Virus record (IMG/VR): IMGVR_UViG_2690316321_000007
Source: a virus
Lineage: Duplodnaviria; Heunggongvirae; Uroviricota; Caudoviricetes
Direction: 5' to 3' (one strand)
DNA: 32,919 nt
The number at the start of each line of letters is the position of its first letter. Position 1 is the first letter of the stretch. The translations under genes and the position numbers were made by a program. This document shows positions 26,312 through 32,919 of the stretch, one piece after another. The notes beneath the pieces are model-generated. The model had not been told where the DNA came from. It saw only the letters and a list, made by a program, of their open reading frames with translations, and searched no databases.

Positions 26312-28588
26312 TCAAATGGGTAACAAAAATCCAGGCCACTCATCAGCGACCGGATACGTGAATTTTTTCCCGTCATAATTTACGGTCGCGCCACGCGCCA
26401 GCGCCTCAAGCTCCCATCGCTGCGGCCTGATACCGTTCTGAGCAAGGTCAACGCGGATACGGGTAATTTGCATTCTTTCCGACCGGGTCAGTCTGGCCGA
26501 TGGTGCAATTTCATGTGGTTTTAACGGGCTTCCGTTTCTTTGCTGACGATTTGGTGTTCTCAGGTCGTGTTTTAATGCCCCCCTGAGCGCCCTCACGACC
26601 TCCGTGTCGTTCCATTCGATAACACCGTCATCAACCAGATTAAGCACTGCTGCGGCGTGTTCAGAAGGTGTGGGAGCCGGTAACGAAGTATCACCACCGG
26701 TGAGCTTTCCACAGTTATTGACAGGACTCCGAGGCGCGGCGATGCCGCTTTTTAAAGTCAAAGGCTCAACGACCGGAACTTTCGGCACAATGCGCCAGTC
26801 CGTCGTTCTGGTGATATGAATATGACGCGCGCCGAGATGCGGCGCGTAAATGCCGACCACTCTCTCGACTTCTTCCTCGTACTCGTTAACGTCATCCGAC
26901 GGGCTACGGGCAACCCTGACAGTCTGACAATCGCGCGGGACATTTGCCCCACCCTGCGCGCTGATATACAACGCAAAATCACCACTGTCTGCGGCAGCGC
27001 GAGCAGCCTCGACGCGTTCGTCAAACTCATCAGCAATACTGACGCCGCGAGGCAATTTGCGTAGTTCACGGTAAGCCCCCATTGTCGGCAGTCCAACCGT
27101 TTTAAATTGCGGGATGCGCCACGTTGACGCCCATGCGGTAACAGCCGCGGCAGTATCTTTAAGCGGCTTACCGGTATCGTTATCGAGCTGACCATCCAGT
27201 GCATAGCCGTCGATATTTTTTGAAATGTATTTCGCGATATATCCCGCAGCACCGCCCCGGTTAAGGTGCTTTGCCTGAAAACGGTTTCGCGCGGCTCCTC
27301 TTTCGTCACCATCCTCTTTGAGCGCATAGCGACGCATGATTTCGATAATCTGGTTACGCTGGCGTGGATTACAAAAAAGCATCATATGCCAGTGCGGCGT
27401 TCCGTCGTGGTGTGGCTCGACGACACGCAAACCGTAGACCTGTAAATCATTATCCTTGAATGCCGTGCGCATCAGGCTCCAGATGCGGCAGAGATAACGC
27501 TGCGCATCCTTTGGATTAAATGCCTCATCGTTCCAGCCGTGATTAAGCTGAACGGTTTTACTTTCGCCTTTTCTGACCTGACGAGTCGGGTGATACTTTG
27601 ACGGCGCGGTCAGCGTGATAAACATCCCCACATCACCCTCTGCGGCGGCGTAACGCTCAATACCGGCAATGGTGTTCATCAGCTCCATCCGGCGAATTTC
27701 AGGATTAGAAATACTGCCCATCACCTTACTGATAAGGTCGATGCGCTCGCCGGTTTCCCTGTTTTCAAGGTCACACGATTTAAGAAATTCCAGATTTGCC
27801 TGGCGGCGTGCACGCACATCACGAATGGCATGTTTACTGGCATAAGGAGAACGGTCTTTATTCACCTCCCCGACAGCAATCAGTAACGCCTCATGCCAGC
27901 GCATACGCTGGCCTTTGAGCTGATGAGTCCACCACTCATCGTTAAACAGACGGGCAATGGCAGAATATGCCTGCCTCGTGGTCATCTGTCCTTTACGGTA
28001 TTTTTTCCAGTAAAGCGGGGAAATATTGAAAGCACGTGCAGCGCCAGCAACATGACCATAGAGGTGAGCCTGCGCCTCATCCGTAAACAGCGATTCTTTT
28101 TCGCCATGTGCATCCACCCAGGCATCGCTGAGTTCCTCATACATCATGAAAAGCTGCGATGAGATACGGGCAGCAAACTTTTTCAGCTCCTTGTCATTCA
28201 TTCCCGGCAGGCGCGCATAGTGGTCACGCTCTGCCAGAAACAGTAACGACGCGTCGGTGTTCATTTCATGGCGCTGATTCACACGCTCAATGCGCGGCCA
28301 TAAACGACGCTGAAAAGTGGATGTGAGGAAATAAAACCCGTGCACCGGGCTTTTATTGCGCCTGATGTAGTCATAGCGTGAAGTAAACAGCGAGCGCAAA
28401 AAGTAAGGCAGGCGGTTAATCGTGGATAAAACACCTTGCACCTGACGCATCTCGTCACGTGTAAGGGGTCTTTCGCGCCCGACGGCCTCGCGTGGCGCGT
28501 TCCATGCATAAGCACCGGTAAACGCCTTACCGGTGCCTGCAGCAAATGCTGACGGAGGGACAAAACGCCCGGAGGCTTTAACGGCCAT
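26312..28588 (-). CDS. A: Replication initiation protein A (rolling-circle nickase); start uncertain, ORF open to TTG at 28630
   Basis: Conserved MAVKASGRFVPPSAFAAGTGK N-terminus at the ATG at 28588; the ORF extends 14 codons upstream to a TTG. Confidence 0.85.
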   Translation of the reverse strand: MAVKASGRFVPPSAFAAGTGKAFTGAYAWNAPREAVGRERPLTRDEMRQVQGVLSTINRLPYFLRSLFTSRYDYIRRNKSPVHGFYFLTSTFQRRLWPRIERVNQRHEMNTDASLLFLAERDHYARLPGMNDKELKKFAARISSQLFMMYEELSDAWVDAHGEKESLFTDEAQAHLYGHVAGAARAFNISPLYWKKYRKGQMTTRQAYSAIARLFNDEWWTHQLKGQRMRWHEALLIAVGEVNKDRSPYASKHAIRDVRARRQANLEFLKSCDLENRETGERIDLISKVMGSISNPEIRRMELMNTIAGIERYAAAEGDVGMFITLTAPSKYHPTRQVRKGESKTVQLNHGWNDEAFNPKDAQRYLCRIWSLMRTAFKDNDLQVYGLRVVEPHHDGTPHWHMMLFCNPRQRNQIIEIMRRYALKEDGDERGAARNRFQAKHLNRGGAAGYIAKYISKNIDGYALDGQLDNDTGKPLKDTAAAVTAWASTWRIPQFKTVGLPTMGAYRELRKLPRGVSIADEFDERVEAARAAADSGDFALYISAQGGANVPRDCQTVRVARSPSDDVNEYEEEVERVVGIYAPHLGARHIHITRTTDWRIVPKVPVVEPLTLKSGIAAPRSPVNNCGKLTGGDTSLPAPTPSEHAAAVLNLVDDGVIEWNDTEVVRALRGALKHDLRTPNRQQRNGSPLKPHEIAPSARLTRSERMQITRIRVDLAQNGIRPQRWELEALARGATVNYDGKKFTYPVADEWPGFLLPI

Positions 28589-28853
28589 ATGAGCCAAAAG
28601 CCTCTGAACAACGCCTGCTGAGTTGCTCAACCTGCGCGTTTAAATCAGCAAAAGACTTTGCGCTTCCGGTCAGAATATCGTGATGCATCAGGCCGGAAAC
28701 GAGCTGGCTTAATTTCGGATAATAACCAACCACCGCCAGCCATTCCTGACCGGCGTTTTTACCGCTTTCCGCTCTCTTTTTCTCGTGGAGAATAAACTGA
28801 AAGCTGTCACTGGTAACGACATAACGTTCGCCAATTTCAATACGAATACTCAT
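28578..28853 (-). CDS. Early-operon hypothetical protein (91 aa), P2 orf83 position
   Basis: ORF with coupled overlaps in the early operon between A and orf82. Confidence 0.65.
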   Translation of the reverse strand: MSIRIEIGERYVVTSDSFQFILHEKKRAESGKNAGQEWLAVVGYYPKLSQLVSGLMHHDILTGSAKSFADLNAQVEQLSRRCSEAFGSYGR

Positions 28854-29074
28854 GCCGTTCTCCGGTAATGTTTGTTTTTTGCTTCAAAGACTGACTGGCA
28901 GGAAACACAACGCGTGGCTGACGGATAAGCCGCACGACGGGCAGCAGGTATTGGCGCGTCACACTCTTCGCAAACCAGCGCAGAAGCACCGCAATGTTTT
29001 ACCCTTGCCGCGTTAATCTGACGCTCCAGTAATTCAGCCTGTTGTTCCTGAATAAAATCTACGTTGTCCGGCAT
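28850..29074 (-). CDS. DksA/TraR-family C4 zinc-finger protein (74 aa), P2 orf82 position
   Basis: CxxC...CxxC motif (CEECDAPIP...RCVSCQ) typical of TraR/DksA C4 zinc fingers. Confidence 0.7.
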   Translation of the reverse strand: MPDNVDFIQEQQAELLERQINAARVKHCGASALVCEECDAPIPAARRAAYPSATRCVSCQSVFEAKNKHYRRTA

Positions 29075-29379
29075 TACCAGCTCCTTTTGTCGTTAAGTTT
29101 TTTAAATTCATCAGCGCAATAGCTGGCAATTTCTGTCGTTAATTTCGTCAGTTCATCCACGGAGGAGATTTGCTTGTGAAATACAGCGCGTTTAACAAGT
29201 AAATTGACCACATCAGACAGGAGATTTAATTCGTTCTGATAAATCGCGATAACAGACTCAGTTATTTCGCGTTTTTCTTTATCAAGACCAAGTTGAATAA
29301 GAGATAAATCGCCATTTTTCATAACGGTGATTTTTAAGGCGTTATTCAGTAATACAACTGAACGAGAACAGGACATCAA
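29074..29379 (-). CDS. Early-operon hypothetical protein (101 aa), P2 orf81 position
   Basis: ORF with start/stop overlap coupling to its neighbours. Confidence 0.6.
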   Translation of the reverse strand: MMSCSRSVVLLNNALKITVMKNGDLSLIQLGLDKEKREITESVIAIYQNELNLLSDVVNLLVKRAVFHKQISSVDELTKLTTEIASYCADEFKKLNDKRSW

Positions 29380-29633
29380 AGCACCTCCCCGCGAGACAAT
29401 CCGATATTGTGAAATTTTTCCGACTCCTGACTGAGCAGCTCGACTATCTCTACGCGGGATAACTCCGCCTTTGTGATGTGGCGAATCATGGCGTCAAGAT
29501 GAGAAGAAAAGCGCGTCGCTGCGTCGGCCTGTGCTTCGGTTCTGGCCTGTTGCAGCAGTAATGCGTATTTACCGCACTGATTTTCAGAAACTGTATGCAT
29601 GACTTTCTCCAGGCAAAAAGAAGCCCCGCACAA
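29376..29633 (-). CDS. Early-operon hypothetical protein (85 aa), P2 orf80 position
   Basis: ORF with start/stop overlap coupling to its neighbours. Confidence 0.6.
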   Translation of the reverse strand: MCGASFCLEKVMHTVSENQCGKYALLLQQARTEAQADAATRFSSHLDAMIRHITKAELSRVEIVELLSQESEKFHNIGLSRGEVL

Positions 29634-29663
29634 TTAAGTGCGTTAAAAACTCTGGTTAATTAC

Positions 29664-30164
29664 TTAATGCAGATATTGCTCTGGTTTTACCGACGTCAGA
29701 ATTGTCGGTGCATACTCAAACAGGCTGAATAATTCACGTAATGCACGGAATAAGGCATCACGCCAGTAACATGATTCTTCATTAATTCGCCAGTATGGCT
29801 GGTTGAATTCTTTTTCAGTCAATCCGGCATGCATAAATAAAGTACGGCGCTGACTGACAGTTAAAAAGCTAATATATGCATACTCACTTGCACCGACCTG
29901 ACGGCGTTTTGAGAATGCCCCACGCAGTTCATCAATTGCACAAACCAGCCGTTCACGTTCGACGTCGTTCATTTCTTCAAAACGTATCGTTGCGTGACGC
30001 TGTTTTAACTGCGCATGGAAGCAAACCGTTAGCCGTTCGCGTTCCATCATCTGATTATAATAATCGCATGTCTCCTGCCAGCGAGGGACGGCCAGATGCT
30101 TACCAATTATCCGGCGCATAGCTGCTGGCTGTTTTTCAACGAGATTGAGCGTCATCACTGTCAT
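29664..30164 (-). CDS. B: Replication protein B (166 aa)
   Basis: Length and position match P2 gpB. Confidence 0.8.
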   Translation of the reverse strand: MTVMTLNLVEKQPAAMRRIIGKHLAVPRWQETCDYYNQMMERERLTVCFHAQLKQRHATIRFEEMNDVERERLVCAIDELRGAFSKRRQVGASEYAYISFLTVSQRRTLFMHAGLTEKEFNQPYWRINEESCYWRDALFRALRELFSLFEYAPTILTSVKPEQYLH

Positions 30165-30355
30165 TTCCAGACCCTCCGGCTTTTCAGAAAGGTCAGAGCC
30201 TTTTTTAACGGACTCTGTTTTTTGGTGCGGATAATGATTCCCTTACGCCCCTTACCGTGGGTGATGGTGAAGTCAATCGCCCTGGGGCTTTCGTTACGCA
30301 ATAACTGAGCAATACAACGAGGCTCATTCATACGGTTCTCCTTAACGTGGTTCAC
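30161..30355 (-). CDS. Small early protein (64 aa), P2 orf78 position
   Basis: Short basic ORF between cox and B. Confidence 0.55.
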   Translation of the reverse strand: MNHVKENRMNEPRCIAQLLRNESPRAIDFTITHGKGRKGIIIRTKKQSPLKKALTFLKSRRVWK

Positions 30356-30617
30356 CGAGACCTAACCACATCAACCAGCCGTCACGAATCTCTTTAGGAC
30401 GGCTTTCATAAGCCAGTTTTAGTCCGTTATTCCATGCCGGAAGGTATACCCAATATTCACCAGCACGCCCCGATACTGACTGAGGGTCAGTAATCTCAAT
30501 AACTGGTAATTTCCCTTTCTCAATCATGCCCCTTACAGCTCTTGGAGTTTTACCAATGAGTTTTGCAAACTCCTGATAAGGCACGGCATCAGTCACGCTT
30601 ACAAGCTGTCTATTCAT
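30342..30617 (-). CDS. cox: Cox, excisionase and repressor of the lysogenic promoter (91 aa)
   Basis: Length and position match P2 Cox; first gene of the early operon, divergent from C. Confidence 0.8.
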   Translation of the reverse strand: MNRQLVSVTDAVPYQEFAKLIGKTPRAVRGMIEKGKLPVIEITDPQSVSGRAGEYWVYLPAWNNGLKLAYESRPKEIRDGWLMWLGLGEPR

Positions 30618-30738
30618 CTGCTACGATTCTCCCTTAGTGCTTCTAATGGCTCCTAATGGCTAATTATTGCCTAAAAGGATAACTCCAGAAGCACAACATT
30701 TCACACTATCAGCAAGAAATTACGCAATCGGAGTAATT
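30618..30738. promoter_or_regulatory. Immunity switch region (divergent Pe/Pc) with tandem 10-bp direct repeats CTAATGGCT at 30643..30651 and 30653..30661 as candidate operator
   Basis: Intergenic region between divergent cox and C; two exact 9-of-10-bp direct repeats spaced one helical turn apart. Confidence 0.45.
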
Positions 30739-31038
30739 ATGTCAATAGACGTTTCGGAGAAGTTGAAGCTAATCCGTGAATCTGAAAGGTTAAACCGTAA
30801 AGAATTCAGTGAATTAACTGGTGTAGCCTACAGCTCACTTTCGAGCTATGAGAGCCGGTCAAAAAACGCTGGAGTTGAAGCCATAATGAAGGTCTTACAA
30901 CATCCCAGATTTACTAAATATACTTTGTGGTTCATGACTGATCAGGTAGCTCCAGAAGCCGGGCAAATTGCGCCCGCTCTCGCACACTTTGGGCAAAACG
31001 AAACAACGTCGCCCCACTCCGGTCAAAAGACTGGTTAA
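30739..31038 (+). CDS. C: Immunity repressor C (99 aa)
   Basis: Start chosen at the ATG with SD GGAG 8 nt upstream; length equals P2 C as recalled; a longer ORF from 30667 was rejected. Confidence 0.75.
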   Translation: MSIDVSEKLKLIRESERLNRKEFSELTGVAYSSLSSYESRSKNAGVEAIMKVLQHPRFTKYTLWFMTDQVAPEAGQIAPALAHFGQNETTSPHSGQKTG

Positions 31039-31153
31039 CAATTTATCGTGAATATATTCATCACAAGTGCCTACTATTGGTGGCTAAATTTCAGCCACCA
31101 CGAAAAAAGCGATTAGTAGTAGCAAAAAAAAGTACCACTCGGAGGGTTTTCTG

Positions 31154-32167
31154 ATGGCAATCAAAAAACTCGATGATGGTCGATATGAAGTGGACATCCG
31201 CCCTACTGGACGTAACGGAAAACGCATCCGTAGGAAGTTTGATAAGAAAAGCGAAGCTGTCGCTTTCGAAAAATACACGTTGTACAACCACCACAATAAA
31301 GAATGGCTATCAAAACCAACAGACAAACGACGTCTGTCGGAACTGACACAGATCTGGTGGGATTTAAAGGGTAAACACGAAGAGCATGGGAAATCTAATC
31401 TTGGAAAAATTGAAATCTTCACAAAAATAACGAATGACCCATGCGCATTTCAAATCACGAAATCCCTTATCAGCCAGTACTGCGCCACCCGAAGAAGTCA
31501 GGGTATTAAACCTTCGAGTATCAATCGTGATTTAACATGTATTAGCGGCATGTTTACAGCCCTGATTGAAGCGGAGTTATTCTTTGGTGAGCACCCTATC
31601 AGAGGGACAAAGAGGCTTAAGGAGGAAAAACCAGAAACAGGCTATCTCACACAGGAAGAAATTGCCTTACTGCTTGCAGCACTTGACGGCGACAACAAAA
31701 AGATTGCGATTCTTTGCCTGAGTACAGGAGCACGTTGGGGAGAAGCAGCTCGTTTGAAAGCAGAAAATATCATCCATAACCGCGTCACGTTTGTTAAAAC
31801 GAAAACAAACAAACCACGCACCGTCCCGATCTCAGAGGCTGTTGCCAAAATGATCGCGGATAACAAACGAGGTTTTTTATTCCCTGATGCTGATTACCCT
31901 CGCTTCAGACGAACAATGAAAGCAATAAAACCGGATTTGCCAACGGGGCAAGCCACACATGCACTAAGGCACAGCTTTGCCACTCATTTCATGATTAATG
32001 GAGGAAGTATTATCACGCTACAACGGATACTAGGTCACACGCGGATTGAGCAAACTATGGTTTACGCTCATTTTGCGCCAGAGTACCTTCAGGACGCCAT
32101 TTCTCTTAATCCGCTAAGAGGTGGTACTGAAGCCGAGAGTGTCCACACAGTGTCCACAGTAGAGTAA
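31154..32167 (+). CDS. int: Tyrosine integrase (337 aa)
   Basis: C-terminal catalytic signature (...HALRHSFATH...LGHTRIEQTMVYAHF) typical of tyrosine recombinases; adjacent to the att core. Confidence 0.9.
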   Translation: MAIKKLDDGRYEVDIRPTGRNGKRIRRKFDKKSEAVAFEKYTLYNHHNKEWLSKPTDKRRLSELTQIWWDLKGKHEEHGKSNLGKIEIFTKITNDPCAFQITKSLISQYCATRRSQGIKPSSINRDLTCISGMFTALIEAELFFGEHPIRGTKRLKEEKPETGYLTQEEIALLLAALDGDNKKIAILCLSTGARWGEAARLKAENIIHNRVTFVKTKTNKPRTVPISEAVAKMIADNKRGFLFPDADYPRFRRTMKAIKPDLPTGQATHALRHSFATHFMINGGSIITLQRILGHTRIEQTMVYAHFAPEYLQDAISLNPLRGGTEAESVHTVSTVE

Positions 32168-32246
32168 CGTTTAAGGGCTTTCAGTGGTAATTTATGCCGC
32201 TCAAACCCGCATTGTACCGTTGAAAGCCCCTACTGGTGACACCCTA

Positions 32247-32274
32247 AATCTCCCTTACACGGGCTTATTTTTTA
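32247..32274. repeat. att core, right copy (28-bp perfect direct repeat)
   Basis: Identical to 1507..1534. Confidence 0.85.
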
Positions 32275-32601
32275 TGCATAAGCCCTATCCCTGGTCACCG
32301 TCTTCCATTGACCACATCGATAGAATCCTCCTTCATAGCACGATGCTTTTCACTTATCGACATCGTGCTCGCACAGGTTCCGGTTACGCACAGCCAGAAC
32401 GCGCATGTTTGACGCTTACCAAAAAATGAACCTAAAGCATTGGAACATTTTTGACATCATTTTCTGATGGCTGCATAAAATAAAAATTCTGCTTTAGTTT
32501 CATCTATCTGTTTGTCATTATTACTCACATTCAATAATGGTGTTGAAGAATATCCCATCACAGATAAAATAAATATGTGCATGGTAGTCTTGAATCTATT
32601 C
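32275..32601. other. Degenerate remnant resembling ogr-proximal phage DNA (possible relic of an older P2-like insertion)
   Basis: 32283..32320 (CTGGTCACCGTCTTCCATTGACCACATCGAT) resembles 1561..1596 (CTGGTCACGTCCACACATTGACCACATCGAC) immediately right of the left att copy; no intact ORF. Confidence 0.4.
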
Positions 32602-32919
32602 TCACTCTCCACATTTGAATGTCAGACGAGCGACGCCATGTAATCCTGCACCTTCTGTCTTCAGGTCAACTATCTGCATTTTTTTGCCCTGAGTAACACA
32701 GAAATGAGTTGCATCATTTTTTACTATATTTTCTGCACCAGATATTCTACCCCTGGCTAAAGAAGCTTCGGCTTCGGTGTAGTATTGGTTATCGAGTTTA
32801 CGCTGAATATTACTTTTATATGCAAGGCCAAATTTACCGATACTTGTCTCATCATTATGCACAGCACAACCAGACATAAGAAAAACACTAATTAATGATA
32901 TAGCAGCTATCTTTTTCAC
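32602..32919 (-). CDS. yegR: Small lipoprotein (105 aa, signal peptide with LMSGC lipobox); probably host yegR
   Basis: GTG start exactly at the window edge; MKKIAAISLISVFLMSGC signal/lipobox; size and position after the yegQ-cyaR locus fit E. coli yegR from memory. Confidence 0.55.
   Translation of the reverse strand: MKKIAAISLISVFLMSGCAVHNDETSIGKFGLAYKSNIQRKLDNQYYTEAEASLARGRISGAENIVKNDATHFCVTQGKKMQIVDLKTEGAGLHGVARLTFKCGE

Larger units (their letters stand above)
1507..32274. mobile_element. P2-like temperate myovirus prophage, about 30.8 kb, integrated in the cyaR 3' end
   Basis: Bounded by the 28-bp direct repeats; contains a full P2-order gene set from ogr to int, with cos at 25306..25324. 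Confidence 0.9.

Noticed and set aside
30667-30738. Upstream in-frame ATG giving a 123-aa C repressor
   Set aside because: No SD, and it would place the start inside the operator/promoter region; the ATG at 30739 has a GGAG SD and gives the expected 99 aa.
32184-32429. 81-aa plus-strand ORF spanning the right att copy
   Set aside because: Crosses the attachment core and the degenerate remnant; no start context.
1-32919. CRISPR arrays, tRNA or rRNA genes
   Set aside because: No short direct repeats with regular unique spacers and no cloverleaf or rRNA-like stretches were seen; the only structured RNA gene identified is cyaR.

Overview
This window is an Escherichia-type chromosomal locus (yegQ, the CyaR sRNA gene, yegR) carrying an almost complete P2-like (Peduovirus-type) prophage of about 30.8 kb, integrated into the 3' end of cyaR and bounded by a perfect 28-bp direct repeat (1507..1534 and 32247..32274) that matches the P2 att core as I recall it. 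Gene order matches the P2 map read from an integrated copy: ogr-D-U-T-E/E'-FII-FI, cargo, G-H-I-J-W-V, moron, S-R-lysCBA-K-Y-X-L-M-N-O, then P-Q, cos, then A-orf83..80-B-orf78-cox, and C-int. Most ORF lengths equal the P2 protein lengths as I remember them; those lengths and the family assignments are recalled, not searched. Three places stand out as accessory. (1) Between FI and G, where P2 carries Z/fun, sits a convergent pair: a YjaB-like GNAT acetyltransferase and an XRE-HTH/cupin regulator, flanked by AT-rich DNA. I cannot assign this pair to any named system, and it is my best candidate for something undescribed. (2) Between V and S there is an AT-rich gene for a 261-aa protein with three predicted membrane helices and no recognisable domain. 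(3) Between Q/cos and A, where P2 carries old/tin, there is only about 1 kb of AT-rich DNA with a 37-aa hydrophobic ORF behind a strong Shine-Dalgarno, a bidirectional terminator, and a 13-bp exact direct repeat flanking both. The major capsid gene N is split by a single-base loss in a homopolymer, so the prophage may be defective unless this is a sequencing error. Other observations: a 132-bp tandem repeat in tail fibre gene H, the conserved E/E' slippery site, a cos match, a candidate operator made of tandem 10-bp repeats in the immunity region, and a short degenerate remnant of an older P2-like insertion between attR and yegR. I found no CRISPR array, tRNA or rRNA.
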